From NCBI RefSeq assembly GCF_009914755.1, contig NC_060941.1: DNA of 64,000 nucleotides; one strand, given 5' to 3'. Positions 12,236 to 25,600 of the stretch are shown one piece after another; position 1 is the stretch's first letter, and every line of letters begins with the position of its first letter. A program made the translations under genes and the position numbers. The notes under the pieces were generated by a model that saw only the letters and a program-made list of their open reading frames with translations, ran no database searches and was not told the origin of the DNA. This DNA is from the human T2T-CHM13v2.0 reference genome, Homo sapiens.

Positions 12236-15027
12236 CCCCGCCAAACTCTGGAGGGGCTGTTACCTTTGGAAGAGGCTCTGACTCCAGGGCACCCTTCCTG
12301 TACCCCTCCAGCCTGCGTTCTTGCTGTAACCCCGGACCACAGACCTCCTCACAAGACTGTCCTGCTGCTCCCCAGCTTCTCCTCATGGCCATCCCCTGTG
12401 ATGCTTTGGAAACGTTTAGGACAGGGTTACCAGTCACCTGGTTTGTCTGAACCTGTGCTCTCTGGGAACAACTGCCTTGCGGCGCTCCGCCCAGCCCTCT
12501 TCCTCCTCCTCCTCCTCCACTTCTTCTTTGGAGGGCAGGCATCTTCCCCTGCACACTCGCTCCCCTGCACATCTGGCCTCCTGCAGCCCCAGGTTCATGT
12601 CTAGCCCAGGCCTTTCTTCCCCGGTCTGCCCAGGTGACATCTCCCTTGGGGTCTGTGGGCACCTGGATCCTACATGGTCAGAACTGGGCTCCCATCTACC
12701 TCGAGCCTGTGGTCCCCCCACCCCAGTCTCCTCGTCACTAGAAGGGGGACAGGCTGAGGACCTCCCCTGCCACCAGGCCTACCTTGGCCAGTGGGTGGGA
12801 GGGCCAAGTGTGGGGTCATGTCTGGCAAGGTGGTCTCCCAGCTGTGGGGCGTTGCATGGCTCCAGGCTACAGGCTGGGGCTCCTCATCTGAAAGTGGCTA
12901 CAGGAATCCGTCTTGCCTCCTAGGGCTGTGGTTGAGGTAGAACCGGCTGACTTATGCTGAGTGTGGTGGTGGGGACTTTGGGCTCCTGGACAACTTCCTT
13001 CCCTCTCTCCTGAGCTGCAGTGACTTCGAGGGAGGTGGTCACATAGGCAGAGCCTTCCTGAGCCTTCGTGTCCCCAGGTGTGAGTGGGAATAAGAAGCTG
13101 CCCTACCCTCTGCACACAGCACCACTGGACCACTGGACCACTGGACCTACCGGAGGTGCTGTGTGAAGGGCTTCCAGAGGTCCAGGCACATAGTAGGCGC
13201 TCAGTGTGTGCTCACTTGTGGGTCATGGAAGCTGGCTGTGTTTGCTCAGAGAACCCAGTTCAGTGGGCTGGGCCCCGAGGGAAGGACGAGTCTGGCCACC
13301 GCAGCAAGGAGCAAAGGCAGACAAGGACACGCCCCCCAACAGGGGCCCTCTGCCTCTGGCCCCATGAGGCTGCAGCTGCTCAAGGCAGGGGGCAGGGGCC
13401 CAGCTGGTCCCCACTACTTAATCATCTTGTTGGCACTTAGGACCAGCAGGAGCCCCACCAGGGCTGCACCCGGCACTGGCCTTGGAGGGGCTCCAAGCCA
13501 CCTGGCTCCCTTGGCCTGGGAGTGTTGGTTCTGTAGTGGGGGGATTTCATGGACCCCCATCCTCCTCGAGTGGGTTCAGAGAATGAGGCCTGAGACTGGC
13601 TGTGTAGATGGGTTGTCTAAATGGCAGACATTTGTGGTCCATGATGGTGGCCACAGCATTTGGGCAGTATAGACAGGGAGGTGGATGGTGGAGACAGGTG
13701 GAAGGCCTGAAGGTGGGTGTGGGCAGCACGGTCGGGGCAACCTTGATGGTGTGCCTGCAGGCATAGGCCATATAGCTGTGTCTGAATTTCATAGGCAGGG
13801 CAGGTGGGGTGTGTGTGGAGATGCACAGATGGTGAGGGTTAGGGAGGCTAGGGCAGGAAGATGTGGATAGTGTCCCTGGGTCTGGGAACAGGATGGGCCC
13901 CTAACTTCTGCCCCTTCTTTCCGAGTCCCCTACTCTCTGGGGAGGGGCCGAGGCTGTTCCCAGGCCAGCGCTGGAATTTTAAGTCCATGTGCCTCCCTGC
14001 ACGGCCGTACCGGCTCTCCCTTGCCCTCCCCTGCCCTCCCCTACTGGAAAGGACGTTTGTCAGAAGCTTGTGCTGCTTAGGAGTTTTGGGTGCTGCCTCA
14101 TCGCTTTCTGTGCTTGTCCCCATTTTACAGATGGGGACGCTGAGGCTCAGAGGTGGAGGGAATTTTCTGGGACCCATGGTGCTTTTTTGAGCCACAGTAG
14201 AGGGGTCTGGCTCTGGCGGATGGGGCAGCCCTCAGAGGCCCTGCTTCAGGCCCTCAAACAGTCTGAGTTTGTCCCTGAGGCTGGTTGCACCCTGGGGCTG
14301 ACCTGCACACCCTGCCCCACTGCTAGAGCCTCTACAGCCCCTGGCTTCTGCGTGCGCCCTCCCCTCTGCCTCTGGTATGTCTCCACTCTTGCTTACGAAG
14401 CCAGCACTGCCTGCTGGCCATTTATCCAGCTAACCCTGTAATGCCCCTCTGGGAGCCTCAGACCCCCCCGTGCGGGTTGAGCTGCCAGCAGATGGTGGAG
14501 GCCGGAGGGCAGCACACCTGGCAGGCCCTGAGTCCTGGGGCTCCACCTCATGGTTCCACAGTTGCTGAGCATCTGTTCCATGCCAGGCGCTGGAATTGTC
14601 TCACTTAGTCCCCTCATGGCCCGCTTTACAGATGAAACCACAGGGGCCTGGAAGGCACCATTCAATCCCATGTGTTTGACACCAGCCCCGTGCCCCCAGG
14701 CCTTCACCGCCCGCCTCCACCCTGAGCAGTAGGGCAAACACCTGGCCAGTGGCCTGAGGCTGAGTGCATCCTCCCAGGGCCACTCATTTGAGCCCATGGA
14801 GTGTGTGGCCTGTCTAAGTTTGGGGCCAAGGGTGCCACTGAGGGCACTGCTGGTCTCTAGTGCTGGCCTCTTATGCCCCACCCATAGGACCCAGGCAAAG
14901 GAGGACAGGTTGGAGTAATAAGGGGTTTGGTCTAGGCTGTGGTCTACCTGAAGTCTCCAGTGAAGGCTACCTCCCTTGGCCTCAGTGTACTCATCTGTAA
15001 AATTATAATATCTATCTCGTGGGGATC

Positions 15028-15408
15028 TCGTCACGTGTCAATGACATTTCAGTCAGTGATGGAGGGTGTGTATGAGAGTGATCCCATAAGATCATCAAGG
15101 GGCTGCCCTATACAGGTGTACCACTTTTTATCTTTTATACTGTATTTTTGCTGTACTTTTTCAATGTTTAACTATGTATAGATACACAAATGCTTACCAT
15201 TGTGTTTCAGCTGCCTACAGTGTTCAGTACAGTACTTGCTGTACAGGTTTGCTGCCTAGGAGCAACAGGCTCCATCACACAGCCTGGGTGTGCAGTAGGC
15301 TGTACCATCTAGCTTTGTGTAAGTCTCTCTATGATGTTTGCTCAGTGATGAAACTGCCTGATGACACATTTCTCAGCATGTATTCCATCGTTAATCGAGG
15401 CATGACTG
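15028..15408. mobile_element. Tigger3/MER47-type TcMar MITE nested in a MIR
   Basis: Right TIR catcgttaatcgaggcatgactg followed by TA (15409-15410). Internal gcctaggagcaacaggct...gtaggctgtaccatctag. MIR halves lie on both sides (about 14965-15025 and 15411-15470). Confidence 0.8.
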
Positions 15409-15904
15409 TATGGTACTCAGGGGCTAAGTCTGACACATAGTAAGTGCTCAATAAACCTAAGCTCTCATTATAGATTACTGTTGCTGTCCTGGAAACAGAC
15501 ACAGGGCCCCTGCTCTGTGCCTGCCCTGTGCTGGGTGATGCACTGATTCTGGAGAGGAATTAGGACTGGAGGCTCAACTCGAGGCTGAGGGTGGGGAAGG
15601 TGAAGACAGAGACTGCCTGGTGTGGTCAGGGCTGTGGCAGAGAGAAACCCTGGCATAGGCACCCTGGGAGGGGACCGGCCTGGCGTAAGGCGTTGGAGGT
15701 GGGAGCTGCTGGGAGTTCAGTGTTGCCAGGGGTAAACCATTAGAAATTGTTCATCTTAGTTCCAGAAATTCTTTCCAGGCCCTGCTGGGGCCACAGCAAA
15801 CGGGTCCCTGGAAGTGCTGAGGGACCCCTGAGGGTGGCAGGCCTGGACACAGACCATGACCACATGGGATCCATGGGCTGCTTCCTTCTTTAACCCAGTG
15901 CCTA

Positions 15905-16715
<811 letters not shown>

Positions 16716-18991
16716 GGTCAGGTAGAGGTTGTGCACTGGCCTGGGGAGAGGGGAAGAGTATTTGGGGTTCAGCTGAGGCAGAGGAGTGGCTGGAGCCCCT
16801 CTACTTGGTGGGCAGGGCCATTTCCAGAGCATGTCCTGCTGTGCCCTGCCTGCCCTGCTGTGTGGCTCAGGCATGGCCTGCCCTCTCTGGGCTCTGAGCC
16901 TCTGCAGCCAGCCCAGGATGTCCTCGGGCTTCTCGGCTGGGCCACAGCCCTGCTGTACCTGGGTCCCTGCCAGGCTTGTTATGGTGGCTGCCCTGGGCCC
17001 CCGGGCGCAGGCAGGGGCCAGGGGTCATTCCAAGGTGCCAGCTGCCCTGGCCTTGGGGTTGGCATGGGGGTGAGGGGCTGGCTGGGCTCTCGAGAACTTG
17101 CTGAGGCTAGAGCTGAGTGCTACATGCACCTGGACTCCTTGCTTTTCCTACAACCTTGAGAAATCCTCAGCTAACAGGCAGGGAAACTGAGGCTCAGAGA
17201 AGGGCAGCCGGGAATCTGAGATGACACAGCCAGGAAGTCACCGAGCCAGCTCGCCGCAAAGCCCTGCTTCCCACTTTGCAGACGACGTTGATGACCACCA
17301 CAGCTTCTACTTGCCTGGTGCTTTGCTGTGCACAGGTCCTGCCAGGCAGCAAGCCCTGGCATGCCCATCCCAGTCCTCCAAGGGGCTGTCAGTGCCCATC
17401 TGACAAATGAGGACACCGAGGCTCAGAGAGACATCCCCGTGCCTGGCCGGGGTTCTAGCCAGCTTGGTTCGCACCGGTCTCAGGAGCCAGTGGTTATGGG
17501 ATGCCCGGTGTGGGTATCAGCCCCGTGTTGATGGGGAGGGCCGTCTTGGTTGGGGTGAGGGGCCCCTCCTCTGTGAGGATGACGACAAGAGGATGTGATT
17601 CAAGGGCTCTTCACAGTGGTCACTGTCCTAACCACTGGACCCCTGGAGTCACCAGAGCCGGCCAAGCTGGGCCTCCACCCAGCATCCAGGGGTGGGGCTA
17701 AGGCATCAGGTTTGGGGCCCACCGTGGCTATGGCCTCAGGTAGCCGTGGGGACGGACTGTGCAGAGCCTCCCAGGGAGGCTTCCTGGATGCACGCAGGTG
17801 TTTGGGAGGCTCTGGCCGGGGGTCATCGTTCAAGGGGGTCTCCCAGGGCACAGATTGGAGCACACTGTCCATCAAGGTCATCTGCCTGGCCTCCATTCCT
17901 AGCTGTGTGACCCTGGGCAAGTGTGTTTAGCTCTCTGGGCCTCAGTTTCCTCATATGTGAAACAGAGATCCTCATAGGGATGCTTGGGGACTGAATTTGG
18001 GAGGGCAGATGCTTGGCAGTAAAGGCATGGGCTTGTTCCCCAGCTCTGCCTCTTATAGGCTGTTTGGCCTTGGGTAAGAAACTTCATTTCTCTGGAGCTT
18101 AGTTTCCTCATCCGTCCAATGGGGATAATAGCAGACTCTTCCCTGCAGAGCTTTCTCAGGGCGCAGTGAGGCAGTCAAGGTAACATCCCTGTAGCTGCGA
18201 TCACAGCTCCTGCTGCAGGCTCTCGAGCAAGGGCCACCCCAAAGAACGCAGGAGGCCTCAGCTTCTCTTGCCTGAGATCGCTGCCGTGTGGGGCTTCAGC
18301 GCCCGGCTGCCTGTGGGGAGCGGATCACCGGCGGTTTCATCCCCGTGCACTCTTGTCTGATGAAATATAAATAGCACGCGATGTTTTCGAGCAAGGCTAG
18401 GGAAGCGTCTGTGGGTCGTCCTCCCGCCCGGCAGAGGCTGATGAGCTGGCCTGGGGACGGGAAGGAGATGGGAGCTCCTGAATAAATCATCGTGGGAGCT
18501 GGGCTAATGCACTGGCCACGGGCAGCGTGTGCAATTAGTGTGTTAATTGTCCAGAGAGGATGACTTTGTGAGGGTGTGGCCCAGAGTCCACTGGTTTGCA
18601 GAGTGCCTGATGTCTGGGATGCCTGCCCCCACGACTCTGGGAAAGGACCCCAAGCCGGAGAATCAGCCAGTGCGGCCTGACTCAGGGCCTCATACTCTGC
18701 CCTGCGGCCTCCAGCTCCCCTGGCAGCCCTCAGCTGGGGCTGACAGCGCACAGCAGGGATTAGCAAGTGGACCAGGAGCAGAGCCTGGGGGCCGAGACTT
18801 GCCCCCTCTCACCCCTCCCTTTTCCTTTTCTTCTTTCAGCCTCTTTGTGCTCAGTGGTTTGGTTTTGTTTTTTGCCTTTGAACCAAGGCTGTCCCAGACT
18901 TAGCTTCTCTTGCCCCGTTGCCAAGGTGACCAGACCATCCCTGCCACCCTGCAGCCACTGCCAGGGCTGGGTGAGGGACATAGCCCTGGAC

Positions 18992-18995
18992 GTGT

Positions 18996-19029
<34 letters not shown>
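18992..19029. repeat. (GT)n microsatellite
   Basis: Direct reading; one interruption. Confidence 0.95.
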
Positions 19030-19031
<2 letters not shown>

Positions 19032-19409
19032 ATGCCTGTGTACATATGTGTACAAGAGCAGACACACAGAGATCCCCAGGTCGATAGCCCCACACAAATG
19101 TGGGCATGGATTCATCGTTTGAGGAAGAACGCAGGCCCGAGTCTGTGTGCATGCTGGAGGCACACGCAGGTGGACTGCACACACCCATGTGTGCCCATGC
19201 AGGAGCTCCCTGGTCATACCCCACACTTCTCTGGTACCCGAGGCCCTGCCCAGTGCCTCCTCTGGCCACTGGAGCCTTCTGCATGTGCAGCCGAGGGAAT
19301 GAATGCGTCCTCCCCTGCCTGGCAGCCCCCGTGGCCAGCAGCATCCCGAGGCCAGGCCAGACCTCTACGGCCCCCACTGCCCACAGCATGCTGGGCCATC
19401 CCTCCAATG

Positions 19410-19635
19410 GGCTTCCTTGCTGGGGATAACTCTGAGGTGTGTTCTATGCCCAGGAGGCTGGAGCCCAGGTATCCTCAGCGGTGACCTGCTCATCTATGCA
19501 GTCATTTTTGGCTGCCGTCCTGTCCCCATCTCATGTCCCCACTCCCTTCCTGGTGCTTCCCGCTGTCACCTGCAAAGTAAACTCCCTACTCCCAAATCCT
19601 TGACTCAAGATCTGTTTCTGGGGAAAGGACTAGAA
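19410..19635 (+). mobile_element. ERVL LTR fragment (LTR16/LTR33-like)
   Basis: ggggataactctgaggtgtgttcta...ccccactcccttcctggtgcttcc...aaatccttgactcaagatctgtttctgggg. Confidence 0.65.
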
Positions 19636-22600
19636 TAGAACACACCCTTATCCTAGGTCGTGTATCGGTGTACACATGTGACATGTTGCCAGCAAAGATG
19701 CGTTTACAGAGCTGTGGTGTGAGAGCAGGCATGTGCTAGCATGTATCATGTGTGTGGTGTGCATAGCACATAGCACTGTATGCTGGACCTGTTCTGGGTA
19801 CTGTGCATAGACTAACATCTGCTGGACCAGGGAGGCAGAATGATTAGGCCCATTCCACAGATGTGGAAACTGAGGCAAGGATGAATCCATAAATGTGTGC
19901 CTTAGGGGTGGAGCCCTGGCAGGAGCTGGGACCCACCCTAGGAGGTGAGAATTTGTGCACCCCCTCAGCATTGCTGCACTACCCACCCCAAGCCCTGCAG
20001 ATGCTGGCAGGAGGCTGGAGGTGGAAGCGGCTGCATTCATCTTCAGACCCCATGGAGCGAAGCTGCCGTCCCCCATGCCTGCTTCTGGCCTTGCACCCCA
20101 GCGACTGTGTGCATGCGCCCTTCCCAGGATGCCTGGCCCCCAGATGCTGGCCGATCATGTGGCCTTTGGGCTCTGGATTCCCTCTCTGAGCTTATTTCTT
20201 CGTCTTGGGGCAAGGATAGTCCCCAGCGTGTCTCCTGGGGTTGTCAAGAGATGCACAAAATAGGTCCTTTCTTCCTGCTCCAGGCATGAGAAAGCATTTC
20301 CTGGCCATCTCAGTGGCCACCCACCTGCTTTCTGAGCAGACATTGCTGGTCACACCTCTGCTCTGGGACAAATGTCCTGCTAGATCCCAGCTCAGAGAAA
20401 GACCATAGCTCCAGGTCAGTACAGCACAGCAGGGGCCAAACAGGGGCCAGACACCAGGGCCCTACCCCACCACTCCTGGGTCCCATAGCCCCTGCCTCCT
20501 CACAGCACCAATTAGCTGCCACCAAAGGAATGGGAGAGAGGCAGGCAAGAGCCACATAGTCAGGGAAGGCTTCCTGGAGGAGGTGGTCCAAGCCAGACTT
20601 GGAATGACTGTGGTGTCTCCTAGAGACACCAGGGCCAACGTGCGTGGTCAAATCCTAGGTCTCTATTTCCACAGCCCTGGAAGTCCTGAATTTCTATCCC
20701 AGCTTTGCCATGGACTGGCTGCGTGTCCCTAGGCACAGCACTCATCCTATCCGAGCCCCAGTTTCTTGCCTCTATCAAAAGAAACTGGTGTGAATGGAAG
20801 TGGCATGTGTCACAGTGACGAGTGTTCCTGACGCACAGCAGTTGCGCAGTCCCAGTTTACTGGGGTTGGAAAGCGTGTGTGGCAGTAAGAGGTCCGTGCA
20901 AAGCGGTATGGGGTCAGAACAGCCTCTGTGGGGCCCCGCTCGCTACCGTCTAGCTGTGGGGTGCCTGAGTCTCCTCACTGTGAAATCAGGCCATGCAGAG
21001 CCACCTGCTACCTAGTACTAGAGGGAGTGCAGGAAAAAGTGCAGCCAGTGCTTCCAGACCCTTCCCTGTGGCCTGAAGGGCTCCCCACCCCACCTGGGTG
21101 GGCTGCACATGCAAAGGCCACCTGGGGGTGGGGAGCAAGCTCCTGGCCTCTGAGCGGCCTGCCCCACCCTGTCCCCTTCAGAGCTCATTTCCCTGCCCCT
21201 CCCTCCTGTCTCCTCACACCCTGCCTTGTGTCCTGGGCTGGGGACTCTGCTCTTGTTTCCAGCCCTGTTGACCCTCAGCTGGCCTCGACTCCCTCCTCCC
21301 GGGTGGTCACACAGTCCCTCCTGTAGCCGGAATCTCCTGTGTTTCTCCGGTTTCTCCTGGAATGTCTGTCTCCCCCCATCTGTGAGGAGCCGGGCACAGG
21401 GCTGACCACCCTTTTCATGCTACACCCCGCACAGAGCCTCAAACGGGTTTGGTGCTCAGGAAAGACTTGTTTATGGAATGAACGGGGAATGAACAAGTGG
21501 CTGGATGGGTGGGCGAGGGGCCAGGCTGCCCTGTCCTTTCCCGACAAGGCCCTGGCCCTGAGCTGGCAGGTGCTCAGCCCTTCTCCCTCTGATCCAGCGT
21601 GCTGAGCTGTTCGTGTGCTAGGGATGCCTTTGACATCCTCCTTCTCAGAATAACACTTTTGAGTGCAAGAGAGAACCCATATAGGGCCACAGAGGAAACC
21701 AGAAATAAGTGTTGCAGTACTTATCAAAACATTCTTTTAAAATGCGTGATCTAGTAATTAGCATGCTGTTGCTTATGAGCGCCCTAACTAGCAAGACCCG
21801 GTGGCAGCCGTCCTACTGACTCCATGGGAGCAGGGAGGAGAGCTGTGCAGCTCCAGCGGTCTGCATTGCTATAGGGCCTGGGGTGAGCCCAGGCTCGGTG
21901 TGTCCAGCATACATTTCACAGAGAGGTTGAAGGCGGGGAAGTTGATGATTTTTCCCCCATCAAGTTCACAAAGCCCTGGCTTCTGTCCTTGGGCTCTGCG
22001 GCAGGACCTCCGGGAACCTGCTCCACTGTCTCGGGGACTGCAAAGCCTGCCCCTGCTTTGCCCGGACCCCTTGCCTTGCCCCCAGGGTCCTTGGGCAGCC
22101 CTCCTGGGGGTCTGGGGACCAAGGAAGGGCATCCCGACTGTGACCTGAGCTTTAGTTTCCCAGCCATGGTAGGGGAGAAGTGGTCGGGGTTGGCTGCATC
22201 CCCAGGCCCTCACACCTGGCTGTTGTGTGTGAAATGCCCAGGCCAGGCATTGTGAGTCCCCAAGCAAGGCCATAGAGCAGAGAGGATTTCCCATCACCCC
22301 CAGGCTCGGCTGGAACCCTCCTGCTGGCCTGGCAGAAAGCTGACATTTCCTGCCCTGTGGGCCGAGCTCAGAGCTCAGCAGGGGTCAGAGAGTGACAGCC
22401 ATGCTTTCTTCCTGCAGGGGCCACCCTGCTGTGAGCAGTTCATAAGGGAGGAAGGTGGAGACGCCCTGTTCCCAAGCTATGGGGCCTCTCATTTGACAAA
22501 TGGGGAAACTGAGGCCCAGAGGGGACAGGGAAGGGGTGGTCCCATGGTGAGCTGAAGCTGGAGTGGCCTTGGGTGGGCTGCAGTGCTGCCTGCCGTCTTG

Positions 22601-25600
22601 TGATTCAGACTTTAAGGACTCTAGAGCACTCTTGGGGCACAGGGACAGAATCCTAGTTCCCAATCCCTTAACTTCCCCCAGGGACCTGGTTCTGTGCTGA
22701 GGCCCCTCAACGCAGTCAGACCCAGGTTCTACCCTCAGGAGACCCTTGGCCTGGTGGACTCAGAAAGACCGGCTGCACCCAGCATGGTCTGGTCCAGGAC
22801 AGAGGGAAGCACAAGGGGTGGGGCTTGGAAAGGGGTGTTGAAGGATGCATAGGAGTTTGAGGGAGAATGGGGAAGAGAGGGCCTTGGGTAGTGTCTGGCA
22901 TGCGGCTTCCTCTGAGCGCCATCGACGAAGAGGTGCTCCCATCTGCCCAGCGTGCTGTGCGTCCTCGGCCAAGTCCCCTCCCTTTCTGAGCTGTGTGCTT
23001 CTGTCTCGCCATCCATCTGCTGTCCCTGCCTCCCTTTCCCCCACCTCCCTGGCACACTCACTTCAGCCCCGCTGCCCTCCCCTGGCCTCAGCCTCAAGGC
23101 CTTTGTGGCTACAGTTCCCACTTGAAGGAGTACCCTCTTCCCTCATTCTCTTCTCACTAGCTCTCCAGATGTCACCTACTCAGGCAGTCTTCCCTGACCT
23201 CTGGAATAGTCTCCACCCGTCTCTGGATTTACTCAAGTTCTTTTTTTTTCCTCAGCCTGTTTTTTTTGGTCTGTCTTGCCCCAGCAGCATGTGGGCCCCC
23301 AGGCATGATGTCAGCGCATAGTAGAGGCTGGGCAGACGCCGCTGAGCGTGTGAGTCAATGCTGAGTGTGATTCTGGCAGCAGTGCCAGGCCGTGGCGCGC
23401 TCACAGATCTGAACTGTAAATGGGGCCTGGGGCAGAGCGATAGGCTTTCTGGAAGGCCTACCCTATTTTCCTGGACTCTACATCTCTGAGGTCAGCCTCC
23501 TGCCCATGGTAGGGTGAACCCCAGAGCCCTGAGAGTCTGTCAGGCCCTCCCAGGGAATCTTCTGTACCTGAAATAAGGCCAGATTTACAAAATAAAAGAA
23601 GGAAGCTAAGAAAGCAACTGTAACGTGCTCCCCTACAGAGAGCAGACAGGTTATGGGGGGCTGAGGCCCTAATCCTGGCTGGCCCTTTGTGAAGAAATAA
23701 ATGCACCCCTCAAGCTGGGGACTTCCTTGCTGGGAGCAAGGCAGGCCTGGAGGGCTCACTGAGGGGTTGGTGGCTGGATTACAGAGGGACTGAGGCAGGA
23801 CACCTGGGTGCTAGGCCCAGCTCTGGCTCAGACTGGTGACCTTGGGCATGGCTCCTCTCTGTGCCTCATTTCCTCCTCTCAAAGAAGCTTGGGCCACCCC
23901 ACCTGGGACTTCTGTGATGCAGTGAGCAGAAGCCAAGTACTGGGTCCTAGGGGCTCAAGAAACATGCTAGGAGTACTCACGGAGGAGCAAGGGACTTGGG
24001 GAAATCATGGAAGACTTCATGGAGGAGGCATCCTTTGAGCTTGGAGGATGCATTGCATTCTGAGAGGCAGAGAAAGGCATTTCATGGTGAGGGGCGAGCT
24101 CTGGCTGAGGCTCTGAGGTGTGGGACATTCCAGAGACATTGGAAGCCCAACCCTAGCTCTCTGCTCATTCCTACTGTGTCCTTTTTTCTTATTGATTCAT
24201 AAGAACTCTTTATATATTAAGCACATGGGTCCGATTTAAACAAACACATTATTTTTCTTTTATTTTACTTACGATTGGTTTTGACAACATCATACATATT
24301 TTTATGTTGGCAAATTTCCCAGCCTTTCCTTTGGTGGTCTTTCTGGTCCCAGGATGCTTCTTGTGTCCTTACCTTGGGTCCTTGCTCTCCTGTGCACATG
24401 CTGGCTGCTCAGGACATGTCTGAGACTCAAATTAAGTTGAAGCTGGAAAATTTACAGCTGTATGAAAATCAGAAGCCAGGGTGCCTTTGCTGACCTGTGC
24501 CTCCCGCTGGGGTTCCTGCCCATCATTCCTTCTTGCTTGGAGTGGGGTCCAGCTGAGGCCCTAAAGGGGCCTGTGACTCTCTGCAGGGTGAGGCAGAGGC
24601 TCATAGCTGTGATGAAGGGAGAGGGTGGGAGGACAGGGAGTTCCCAGCTGGCCAGTCTCCATGTATTCACTCATGGAAACCCCATTGCAACCACATGAGA
24701 TAGGTGCTATGATTAGTTCCATTTTATAGGTGAGAAAACTGCGGTTCAGAGAGGTTATGTGGCTTGCCCAAGGCCACACAGGAAGGGATGGAGACAGGAT
24801 TTGAATTCATGCCTTGTTGCCCCAGAACTCTTATAGTTTCAAGCTCTCTTATGGCCCTTGGGCTCCCCATTGCCTTTGGGATCAAGTCTAGGCTCATTAA
24901 TATGACATCCGAGGCCTCCTGGGGTGATGCCTCGGCCTCTGTGCCTGCACACGCTGAGCTTCCCTGATATGATGGTGGCAAGGCTGTGCCCATCTCTTCA
25001 CACCTTCCCCACAAACCCCGAATAGTTTAGATCCTGGAATGGAGGGCTGGCAGGGCTTCTGTGGAGTAGCTGGGCCAGCCCCCTGGTTTGCACACAGTCA
25101 GGGTGGGTCTTGCCCAAGGCCTAGTGCCTGGAGAGTGAAGCTGGAATCTGCACCAAGACTGCAGGACTCTGGTGCTCCTAGCTGTGTCACTGTGCTATGG
25201 TTGGTCTCAGGCGGGGTTCTCTCCCCTGCTGCTCGCTGCTGCCTCCCCACTGGCAGATACTCCTCTAGGAAGCACCCCTCCTGCCACTGGGTTAGACACC
25301 TCGCCTGGGCTCCCGAGGGCCCAGCGAGTTGTGACTGCTGACTTCTCACCGTCTGCCCTGTGAGGCAGGGTGCCCCATGAAGGCAGGCGCCCAATGCTTC
25401 CTCTTCAAGTCCTCGGTGCCCAGTGAGGACTTGAAGAGGGAGACCCAGAGAGGGACAGAGCCCTGCTCCAGGTCACACAGCAAGTTGGGGCAGAGCCAGG
25501 AGTCCTAGAAGGGCCCCAAGACCCTCCAGGTCTCCCCTGTTCCTAGGACTTAACGGAGCCCAGGGATGGGGCAGTGTCTGCGATGGCCACCCCAGCAGAG

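Noticed and set aside
13121-13147. (ACCACTGG)x3 and similar tiny duplications (6158, 49884)
   Set aside because: Ordinary replication-slippage products with no additional signal.
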